This document shows positions 27,401 to 39,400 of a DNA stretch of 64,000 nt, piece by piece (the stretch's first letter is position 1; every line of letters begins with the position of its first letter). The notes beneath the pieces were generated by a model. It made no database searches and was not told the DNA's origin. It saw only the letters and a list, made by a program, of their open reading frames with translations. The translations under genes and the position numbers were made by a program. The DNA is from Botryllus schlosseri (lineage: Eukaryota): the NCBI GenBank assembly GCA_051294905.1, contig CM119383.1, positions 9,052,001 through 9,116,000 on the forward strand, in the 5' to 3' direction.

Positions 27401-30400
27401 AATCCCAGCAACGGACGGGTCCAATGCACGGACGAAAATAACTACAAGTCGGTCTGTTCTTTCTCGTGCGAAGACGGATTTTACTTGGAAGGCAGCGAAA
27501 GGTCAAAGTGCACCGAGACGGGTTGGACGAAGGAAAGCGCTCCCATGTGCAAACGTGAGTGCTTTAGCTTCTCTTTTCCATGTTGACCGGTTGTGGTCAA
27601 AGCAGTCTTCGTTGGTACTCACTGTCACCTTGTTTCGAGGTCACGACGCTATGACACGGTACAGAGACGCTCAATCGCTTACATGGTAAACACAGCTGGG
27701 AAACTCCCTCGGTTGATTTGAGAGCAAAAGCTTATCTTGGTTCCGCCAGGAACACTGTGATATTAAATTTTTACTATTATATGGCAACGCGTCTTTTCCA
27801 CTCAGACAGTTATGTCGATAAACATGGCTTTATTAGAATAGGCTTTGTTCCATTAACATAATCAAGTTTGTAAGATATCAATAATAATTTTTCATATTAT
27901 AACGAATGGTTGACTAGCTGTACTAAACTTGAATATTACTTTCAGGACTACATTCATTGCAGTAATTGCCTATTGTCGATTAGCGATTCATAAAATTTTT
28001 GTAAAGAACATATGAAAAATCTCACGGCCACACCTGATCACCAGTTAGAGTACAATTATTAGTGTTCGTATCGTCAGTGACGCTATCGTGAACTGTGGTG
28101 AGCACTGAAAATATGGACCATGGATCTTATATATAAGGACAGTGTAATTAGTTTTATAGTTTATAGCTATAGTCTCAACATTGGCCTTACACGGACCCCT
28201 GAACGTCTGATCGAGGGCTTAATGGATTGTAGCTTGCGAACGTCTCGTTTGCACGTTGAGCTGAATAACACGCCTTGCTTGGCTCATGCGGGTAGCCCAC
28301 CTGCGTACCCTTACTTAAACCGCTTCCGTATTTTGCTTCAGAAATCACGTGCCCGCTGGAAGCAGAAGGAATTCCAAACGGGGCTCGGGCGTGCGACAGA
28401 TCAAATTCTTACAAGTCGATGTGCTCCTATTCCTGCAACAACGGCTACGAGTTGAAGGGCTCTCACATTATAAACTGTACCAATTCGGGCACGTGGAGCA
28501 GCAAGACGCCAAAGTGCACAGGTATTGTACGCATATTCAGCCTTTCTGTTGTGAAATGAGCCGTGTCTCTAATGCCTGTAAAAGGTGTTGAGCGTTTCAA
28601 ATCTTGACATTGAAAGGAGTGTTTATACAGAGGTGGGAACTCAATAATTTCAAACAGTGCACCGCACCTATTCGCATTGTCACCAATCACTTTTTATTGG
28701 CCGCGACGGTACATCTTTCAATTCAAAGGTAGCCTCCTGCGATTGACTACAAAAAGTATGCAACACCGCAACCAAAACTACTTTCTGGAACTGCTTACAC
28801 GAGTGCTTTTGAGTTGTACTCGAGGCATTTTTGTACGTGTTGGAAATTGCTGCTTCAACTTGTACGTCAGTGACTATTTATGGTAGCACTACTTCTACCT
28901 CTGCGTATATATCGTTGGTGTGGTGTTCTTGGCAAAACTTCTAGTGTGAAACATGTCATTTCCGGGGATTATGTTTTAAAATTCCAACCTTGGAGGTATG
29001 CGTAGCTATATAATCACAAAGATTTATCGGAGCGTGGTAAAAACGAAATAATTTTGATGAAAATACCTGTGAATATTACTCGAGCGTGTCTGTCGATTTC
29101 GCGGAGCTGTACTCTTCCAAAGATGCTTTGTGTTTATAACACCATTCAACTAAGCCTGTGTTGTTGATTCGCGTGCGAAAAATCACCAGTAACCTTGTTG
29201 ATTCGGCAATTTCCGGTGTTCAGAAGCAAAGGTGGTCAGCAACATTACTTTTTTATTTTTTGAGATTACCGTAGTGGTTATGTTTCAGACTACTTTCACT
29301 TCTATTGGAAGAGTATTAGAGCACAGCTACTTGCTATTCACAATTTGGATTTTGAAAAGTAAACAGTAGTTTGGTATCAGTTTGCATCATCACTTATGCA
29401 TGAAATTGTCATAAGAACAGGTCAAATAGCCCCTGTATCACGGTAGCTGAATAAATTCATCGAAGATCCCACCTGTATGTAGTGTCGTTAGTGATTTTGT
29501 CTTAGTCGTGAAGATACATCTTGTGATATCAAAATAGCCTCCTGCGATTAGACACTGAAAGTAGGCGGCCCCTCGACCAAATATATTTTCTGAAACTACT
29601 TCCCCTCAAGTATTTTTCAGGCCTTTCATTTTCATGCTTGAGTAGCAACGCTGACTGCTTTGCCGTCTCTGTTCAGAAATCGAGTGTCCCGAGATACCGG
29701 AGATTCAACACGGGCTGGTGAAATGCGACAAGGCCAACCTTTACAATTCGGAATGCGAGTTTCAATGCGACGAAGGCTTTCATAAGAGCAACGAAGTGCG
29801 AACCGTGACTTGCATGTCCAATCAGAGGTGGCGACCTGCCGGGTTTCCCACATGTGGTAAGTGCTATTTTCTTATCAATAAACGGGGGCTAGCGGGGTAT
29901 CGTTCGGGCTGGGCGTAATTGAGTATCCGAGTGATTCGATTCCAAATTGAGTATCGAGTTTTCAGTCGAGTATCACCGATTATGACGTTTTAACAGGATA
30001 TGCTACTTTAAATTTTCGAATCATGTCACTGTATAATCAAAGTAGCCTAATGCTCATTTTACAGATTTCGACAAAATTAACTTAATGCGAAGTTGCCATA
30101 TCTTGGCCGGGGTTAACTTTGAAACAACGTGAAACATAAAAAGGGCCGAAAAAATATGAAAATTTCAGACACACTCAATTTTATATCAATTTGAAAAATG
30201 GATCTCGAAATTTGAACAAATGGACATCAGCTACTTTGATTCCACCGCGACGATATATGCACCTTATATGCAACTGTAAAGTAATTCATGCTATAGTTAC
30301 GTCTCATAAATAATACTGTGATCTTTTGTGATAATGCTTTGTGAGGATGGCTATTTCTCTTCGCACGTGTGTCGTGTGTGTCTTTTTTCTACAAGTTTCT

Positions 30401-33400
30401 GAGGCTGTTTCACCTATGAAAATATTCCTGTCTGTAGGTGTCGCTCAAGAGCCTGTTTTTGGGTGTATTCTGTCAATATGTTGTGGCGGTAAGTTTAGGT
30501 GGAAAAGTAAACTGAGTCACGGCACGTAGAGAAGGAGAATGGACCGAATATTTTGTTAATTTCCCGATGATCTAGCGCTGAAAACAGCGTTATTATCGGT
30601 GTAGGGAGGTTTAAGGATTTGTCCAAGATTTTCGATCAGGCAACGCGATTAGGTATCACAGTCAGGTCTTCGACATTTGGAAAGTTGCCCTGTGCCGATG
30701 GTCAGTCATAGCTGCAGAAGATCGACATGCTCATGTTCCCGGCTGATTGTGAATTCATTTATTCAGGCGAGCCGCGAGGGTAGACAGAGGAAATATCAGT
30801 ACTTTAGTGATGTCACCATTTCAAGGTTATGTCATGTCATCGGAGTACCGGTGTAGTGGTGGATTTTCTCTAATTGACTATTGAGCAGAGGTGGTTGTTG
30901 GTCGTGGTGTTCGTTTGTACTCGAGCAGAATTAGCTTCGTATATTTCTACCTAGGTTTAAGTAAGAGAAGCTAATTCCAAGTGCAGTAATTGAAAACTAA
31001 GTAAGAAAGGCGTAGCTTTGCCTGCAAAACTGAACACTGTTACTTAAAAGTGTCAAAACCTAGTTGTGTACTCCGAGAAAGTACTTCGTTACTGACCAAC
31101 TCTGTGTATGGTTGGTTTTCTCGCAATGTCTAACGAGACGGATACCCCGTGACTTAACAATTTCTATGAAAATCACCGCGGTAAGTGATCAACTCATGTT
31201 AATTGGCCCAAGGTGATCTTCGTGGCGTGATCCATGCCGTGGAATCCAGCGAACACGCGTAGAAACGATAAATCTTTCTGTTATTTGCTGGTTTTCAAGT
31301 GGCGCTAGACTATCGCTGATCGCTTCGATGGGATTATCGTAGGCAAACATGTAGATTGGTGGTTACTTTGCCGGGCAAGTTTTAATTCAGTCGGATATTT
31401 CAGTTTCGGCAGCCCATGCCTCGATTTGTGTTTCGTTCTGTCGTTTTGAAACGATAACTTTGGTATGGTCTGGATTTTGTCTAAGCACGAGGCAGTGAAT
31501 TTACAACAGTGGCTCTTGATCTTAACCACGGGTCCCGCCAATTGTATTTCAATTTTATTCTCAATTGCAAAATGTACGAGATGAATGCTTATCCCTTAAT
31601 TAGAAAAGTCAAACACCAAATTTTATACCGATTTAGAGCGTAATTCAGAATGCTGTTTGACGTGGTGTAGACTGTAGAGTTCCTGGTCAACTTTCGGTAT
31701 ATCATACATCACAATACTTCAAATGTTGTACCGAGGAATATAAAAGCAGCCCATAACTCGTTTAAGATCAGTCATGTGCGGAAAAGCTAAGTCTTTCTTA
31801 ACGAAATTTTAAGGAATTCCACTGTACGATTTATCGGCTTTGACAGTATAATTGAATGTTACAAACAGCGAAGTCGAATTTCTTTCAAAAGAGACCCAAC
31901 AGTCAGAAACTTCAATAGAACCACGCGTTACATGTGTGTTGTCGAAACGACAGTGGCATATTTATAATTGAAATAAAGTTTCAATTCTTTGTTTCGAGTC
32001 GCGTGCTTTTGTCGTATTACATTCTGGGTGGATTCTGATTTTTGAAAGTTGATTTGAAATCTTAGTGGTCCGCAAGCGGGAAAGGTTGAAAACCACTGAT
32101 TCTGTAGTGCATTTTAGGCATTTCTGACGTCACAATATCGCCACGAGCTCGGATGTTCAAAATGTAGAATTTGCTAGGTTCAATACCGCGGAGATCTCAA
32201 GCTGGACGTCTGCAGTGGCGTCCCTTTCCTTCTCAATCGAATCGACCATCTTGTCAACCCATCAGTCGGCACCGTGTGCATTCGCAGTGCCGCTAATTAG
32301 AAACGGCATCCGGGTTTATTTGAGCCTGTTTCTAATTAGCATCTCGCCCGCGTTGAACCGAGAATATCGATCGGCAAATTTGACACCTAGGCGCGTTTTG
32401 TAATTGAGCCGCGGCCGTAATAGAGATTTGCTGCAGTACGACGGGGCGATTTTGCTCCCGACGCAGTACAAGATGGTCCTGCCGTTACGATTATATACAG
32501 AGGCTGTCATATTAGTGGTCGTTAGCGCCCTTATCGTAGAAAGTACAAATTGAAATAGCGATTTCGAAGTTAAGTAAAACGTTAAATATTGTAGGCCTAG
32601 TTTTTGCCATAAAACCGAAGACTGTTAGCGATTTTGAAGTAGATTAGTAAATATTGTAGGCCTAGTTTTGGCCTAAAAACTGAAACTATTGGCGGTTTTA
32701 AAGTTGGTAATAAATAAAATATTGTAAGCCTAGTTTTTGCCTACAAACTGAAAACCGTTAAGTAGAAGTGGACGTATTCTAAAGTTATAACATCTTGAGC
32801 AACTATTGCTTGTAGGTAAAAAACCTGCTTGTGTACTCCGTTACAGACCGCCTCTGGTTTTATGGCGTTTGAAAACCACCGACTTTGTACGTACATGTTG
32901 TTATTCGCGCATGCAAAATTCATATCGCTCTGTTAATGTTTGACGACGGTTTGTTTAGCCGCGACTGAACGTCGTGATTGCGCGTTTTAAGTTACAAGCC
33001 GTAACGACACTTTGGATTAGATAGTTTTTCGGAAAGCGGTCTTTCTCGGGCTTTTTGTCGGGATATACGCCGAGACGCTATGAATATCACGACTCCAGGT
33101 GAGTTTGAGATTGTCTTCTGATTTGTACGTTGTGATATCCTTGTAATGCGATTGCGCAAGTTGGCTTTGGAAATTATGTGTTGGTTTGTAGTCTGCCAGT
33201 GTCACGCGAGTCAAAATAGCTGGATTGCGAGCTAGTTTGGACTCGCAGATTTCGCTTGATCGCATGTGCGAATATCAGTGTCATTCGCCGTGATATACTA
33301 GACTGGTTGAACTGTCGGGGTCATTTTCGATCTCGATAAGCGAATATTACAAGTTCGCAGGCTGGTGTTTTTTCGCTGTGATACGGACGCTAATTTATGT

Positions 33401-36400
33401 GCCTTCAGCTTGACCGCATGATGTCGCATGCTAAAAGTAACATTGTATCTTTCTACTCAAGTACGTCTAGTAGTAGACCTTTTCAAGTACGCAAAAATTT
33501 CGTATTCTAGGCATAAGAATGTAACTGTATACTGAAGTTAGTACCTCTAAGAAGCTCTTCAAGTAGAATTGCACCTACTTCGTTACTGCCCACCTCCGGT
33601 CGCCTGTGACGTCACAGTGAGTCCGTGGGTTGATTTAATGAAATGGTAGTATCCCTTTGAGTGATGTAAACGCTTATGGTTTCAAAAATAAGTCGCGTCC
33701 GGTTTCAGCGGTCAGCTGTTTGCGTCGAATAATTAGGCACCCTTGAACGATGTGTCGATATATCGAGAAATATGACAGTCGCGAAAGAACAGCCCGGTGA
33801 TGATTTTATAAGCGCAGCGGACATCTGCCGTCTATCCGTATTGTATGCGTAGTAATCGATAAAGCTGGCGTCGGAAAATCGTTTTCGCCGAGGCCCGGAA
33901 CAGATTCAGGAATTTCGCAACGGCGTGCGGTCGACTCTCGAAGTTCAACTCGTCTCGTGTGTGTTTGTATTTCCGCGGGGTATGGCTTTCTCGAGCGATA
34001 GAAGTGCTGGCACTGCGCTGCTGTGATTTGTTTTTGTACACTTTTAATATTAGAGTGTACGGCTTGGTCACGGACAGGCGGTGAGTGGCGTTGAAAGGGA
34101 TCGGGTTATTCCTTGTGTTGTTGTGGAGTACCTAGTTAGCGCAATGTGAATTGGTGTCTCTCGATTAATGTCAGTGTAATATCTGGTGGCTGTTAGGCGA
34201 AACTGAGCCTTCATATGCGAGCAGGGTTATTTCGTGTCTGCGTTTATATTGATTTTAGATTCGATCTTGTCAGAACATGGTAGGCTAGTTTGCTGAAGTC
34301 GACCCATTACCCTCGTGTGTAACAGCGTGAAGTATAGTCGTGTTTGCGGCTGTGGTAAACAGCCAGGTGTTGACATAATCGGTAATCGCGCTAGTAACAC
34401 CGTTGGTCGTGAACCATATTTGGTTTATTGAGGGTTTTTTCGAAGGGGATTGGAAGCTATTCCTGCCTAGCTAAATGAGGATTTGATGCGATGTGGATCG
34501 ATTGTTATTTTGATACGAGTGATTTGAAATGGATCAATCTTAACTGCCCGTGGCTTCGTAATTGTTCTTATTAGTCATGATGGTGTAGCGTCACAATCAA
34601 ATCTGCCTTGCGTCGTCAATTTTGATAGGTCTTGTTTAATTTAGTATCATGTACCTAATTTCAATGCCACCGGATTTAAATCTCGAAGATTTTAGTGAGA
34701 TATTGTGGTTTAAACGAAATTTGTAACACTCTATCGGATGTAGTGGATATTTATTTCTCTTTGAGTGATTCAAACCGGCGCAAACACATTTGATGTGTTT
34801 GGAATATATTGGATACTTCTTGATCACGCAGTAATCTTGTAAATCTATATTTGGCGAGCCTGGAGACATTTCCAAATGAGTGACGCGTTCGATATGATGG
34901 AAACCTAAATAGTGTCTTTTGAAATTGCATATCCGCCCCTATCGAGCGAGACGCCAATCCCTCGCGAAGTTATGAAAGTGAAATTTTGTTTTCCCGAAAA
35001 CAACGATCACCGAAGCGATCGGCAGCCTGTGTTCGAACACGAGTATTTTTGATATGCGTTGTCTGTTAAGGCTTCGCGGGGGCATCTTCGTAAGAACTTA
35101 TATCATTGCAGGCTTCAGTTGTTTTAGCTGGTGGAAAGCCGAGGTTTCGAGGAGGTGTTCATTACGCAGCGCTGAGACATCGTCGTTGCTAACGATAACG
35201 CGTGATTTTGCGTCGAGATATGCGCGTTTGTTACGAGATATTGTGAGAAATGGCTGTCGCCTGATATAATCGCGGTGGGATTTTAGAAATGATTGTGTTT
35301 CAAGGCGTTGCTTTGCAGACGCGGTACCGGGTCGCCGTAAGTTGAATATTATAACAGAACAATCCTACATATGTAATCCTCCTGTCGTATCATTGCCGCT
35401 TCCGACAAAGAAATATTTTTCTTATTGCTGGCTCTGTCGATAGCCCCCGAATCCCTCTAACATACCGCACAAATAACGGGCGCCTATAAGTCGGGAATAT
35501 TCGACTGAATCGGCCGGCTGATGAACTTGATGCTATGTTTGTTGTGGCGACCGATCGGGTTGTTTACAAATTGAAATGCTCGTTTCATCAGATGATCGAT
35601 ATCTTTAGAAATGGAGGCGAGGTTAGGACGAAGCATACGCAGCTCGATCGATTAAGTGTTGGTGATATATATCAGAAATGAGTTGATAATTATCGTATTA
35701 GCCGAATGTCAAGGATTGTATGTAATTAAAATTATTTTTTTCTGGATGTGAAATGTCAATCTTATAGTTAGCCTGCTAGAGTCGATGCTGTGAGCTGTGT
35801 AGTTGTTGAAGTGTATTTCCAATGTATCTATTCGTACCATCGCTATAGTCATCGTCATTTTGTTGAAATATTTATCAAATCAATACACCACAAGATTGCA
35901 ATATGGTGAAAAGATAGGAGGGTGTTGAAACGACTTGGAGTGGTCTTTTAGTCAGACACCCACCGTGGCCTACAGTATGTAAATAACAGGCATGCACACT
36001 GGATTTAAGAAAGGATAATGTAAAAGGAAACGACGAAAATGAATGCGGCATGTGTCGTTAGGCGAGGTCGATATGTCAGATTCTGGTCCGGTAATCTTGA
36101 GGGCTGACTAGTATTGCTTCAGTAGAAATTGCTTGTATTTCGATTTGATTGTGGATATGCTCGATGACTTTCGGATAGCCGGCGAGATGCTGTCCCACAC
36201 TACAGGTCCGGCATCCTTGATTTAGCGATGCATTCTTGTATTCCGTCCTGATCATATGGTAGTTGTTCTTCGAGGACGCGCGTGTGTTGTAGCTGTGCTC
36301 TTTTGCTGAAATCCATGCATTTCGTTTAGAACCTGATAATGCCACGGTGCTGTCCACGCTTAAAAGTACCACGACTACAACAACGGTGAAGCCGTCAACC

Positions 36401-39400
36401 GCCGTATCGTCGACGGAGGCGCCGACAACCCCGTTGAAGCCAACTACCACTTCAACGAGTGCACCTACTACTACATCAACCACAGAAGCTACAACAACTC
36501 CAAAATCAGTGGTACAGACCACCGCCGCCAAGCCCATGACCTTCAAACCCCCGTTGGAGTTTTGGTCCACAAAAAAACCTACAGCAACCACAATCATGAC
36601 GACCACAACGGGTATGCATTGAAATCGTTGTCATAGCTTTCCGCTATTGTCAATTCTGCTTTGAATATTTAGCCTTGTTATGTCACCTTTGTGCATATAG
36701 TTCTAGTATAGTGTAGTTCTATGTAGTAGAAATTGGATATTAAACTGAGGTGGTCAGAGTAGACTCATCGTTTTAACTCAAGAAGAAGTAGAATAACATA
36801 AGTTTCCACTTAAGTACAAGTAGAAATAGCCTTTAGCCTTCTTATGTCACCTTTATGCATATAGTTCTAGTAAACTGTAGTTCTATGTAGTAGAAAATGG
36901 ATATTCAACTGAGGTTGTCAAAGTATACTCATCGTTGTTACTCAAGAAGAAGTTGAATAACATAAATTTCCACGCAAGTGCAAGTAGAAATAGCAATTTC
37001 CGAGCAGGCCAAGTAAAAAAGTAAGAATTCTAGGTCTAGTTCTGCCTAAAAAAACTGAAACCTGTTAAGTAGGCTACACGTAAAAGTAGTCTAAAATCAA
37101 AATTTATTTAGTAAGCAGAGCAGTGCAAGTAAGGTAAACCTACTTGGAATACTTCAAAAATCAGAAGTATTTCGTTATCTACCACCTCTAATAATAAACA
37201 AGTGTTGATTAGCCTGCACGTCATCAGAACGAAGTCGGGATTCTGTGTGATCTTATCTATGATTGTAATATTTTTATTTAGGAACTGCCGGGCAAAGGTG
37301 CGTCTCCTCTGTTGCTTGTGATAATTGTCACAAGCGTGTGTCATTTGAACGAAGTGTTGCCCTATTTTATTTGACGGTATCATTTACAGCTAAGCCGAAA
37401 TCTACGGGCGGCTTGACATTCCCGGATGGCAACTCTGGTAAAAACGAGCCCGCTACCGGCGGGATACCGCTTTTTGTGTTTATCGCCATTGGTGTGGGCG
37501 TGGTTATCGTGCTGGTTGCTATCATCGTTTTCGTCGTGTGGAGGAAGAAATCGCGTCAGAAAACGAAGTATCGCAATGGAACGCTTGCACCGTACAAAAT
37601 GTGAGTTTACTAAGACTGTCGACTGGGGAAAATCCAGTATCTGATTGATTCGATTCCAAATTGAGTATTAGACCTCGAGTCGAATATTTTATTACTACTC
37701 ATGGCATCGTCACATCGATAATGATTATGTCAGTTCAAATATGCTCTTACTATGCAACAACAAAGAAAATAATGCCAGTAAGAGTATCTCTAGAGACTCT
37801 TGGAGGTACAGAACTTCTATATACAAATGAATAATGTATTCATATTGAAATATATCTGAATCGGTTAACACTCGTAAGGGTTAATCCTCAGCAACTAGTA
37901 GACAGACAGACATTGTTGCTGACAATTACCCATGAGGAGTGTCAGCCGAATATATTTGAGTTTATTCCAAAATGAATATGTTATTCAATTGTAGATGCCA
38001 TTGGCAAACTTGAAATTATGTTTGATTGAGTTTAACTGGCATTATTTACTTATGACCGAACAAAGTGTACGTGTTTGAACTCTTGAATTCTATCTTTCTG
38101 CCATGTCGCCATGATGAAAAGTATTGGAATACTCTCCACTCAAAGAATAGCACTCTATTCAAAATAGAATGACCCAGGTTCTCGATTTTGTCCAGCCCAA
38201 GCTGTAATGCCGCGACACAAAAATTTACCAATATTATGCGCCATCTTGTGACGCCTGTTGTATTCCGTAGGAGCAGCAGGGCTGACCACACTGAGCTCGG
38301 CCCACTGATACCGAACGGGCACAACACGGGCCCCAAGAAATTCGGCTCCATATCCATGGACCGACTGGAGATGGAATACAATCGGAAGCACGCAGACGAC
38401 GATAAGCTGTTCCGAGAAGAATACCACGTAGGGCGTCTCTTGTTTTGAGACGCAGCGATTGCTTGTGACGCGTGATGCTTTTTTTCGACAGGCTCTGGCT
38501 GACGGTACGGGCAGCAAGGAGGCCGGTTGCAGGGCGAAAAATAAAAACAAGAATCGATACACCAACATTCTTCCATGTAATTATGTTGCTGCGCTTATTG
38601 AATCCTTACTAGGCTGCGTGTGATTATGATAATCTGTCTTTAGTCTTGGGTTTCAAGTTGCAGTAATACAGCTATTGTACGGTCAATTACATTACTATTA
38701 GAATTACATTCCCAAATTTTCAATTAATATAATAATTGCAGAACTTTTTTCAATCCAATTCTAATTACAAATACGTGAATTTTTTGCAGTCGCTTACGAT
38801 AAATTACTTTGCAATATATAGTATCCGAGGTCTTCGGTTTTCGTCCGGCTTTAGATGCACTGCTGTTTTTAAAGTAAGAATGCTATTCAGTGTTCTACAT
38901 GATGCTAGTATACAAGATGTTTGTCATTAGATATCTGTGTTTGTGATCCAATGCGCAGCAGATGGATGTGCGGCACAAGTGCATTGCAAGACTATGGGAT
39001 AATTATTATAGTCCAACCCAAGGTTTGCGGGTGATGTACTTACAATGGAGCTCAGTAGGCAAATCTTCATTTTCCTATGATAAACAAGCTTATTAGATTT
39101 GCCATTGTGAACCCTCCTGAGAGTATACTAAAATTCAGCCTAGATTTACTTGAAATTCCAACTTCCATTATTTCTATACATCGCGTTAACGGAATAAGAA
39201 AAATCCATTATCACTTGAAACTAATATTCAGGAAGTCGCTTTTGGAGATGGATAAATACATCACCAGTGACGTGCAGTAGATGCGAGTAACTCATTGCTT
39301 ATCTTGTGTATATATTCTGCGCTGGTGGTTCTCGTCCTGAAATTGTCCCCTCGCACTGGCCTTCCACTTGTGTACCCCCTTGTCTAACAGAATAAAATTT

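Noticed and set aside
29857-29918. Read-through of sushi 14 to a stop codon, giving a secreted isoform (AATAAA near 29877)
   Set aside because: The AATAAA lies before the stop codon and the donor is a perfect GTAAGT. It cannot be supported without transcript data.
34150-34345. Ankyrin-like peptides on the minus strand (TILHAV, ETPIHIA)
   Set aside because: Only two short motifs, 181 nt apart (not a multiple of a 33-aa repeat), in different frames with stops.
36076-36606. 176-aa Val-rich minus-strand ORF resembling a membrane protein
   Set aside because: It is the antisense reading of the Thr-rich exon (ACN codons read as Val, Gly and similar) plus a LINE relic.
38046-38576. Minus-strand ORFs of 176 and 137 aa
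   Set aside because: They are antisense to PTP juxtamembrane exons that have clear homology on the plus strand.
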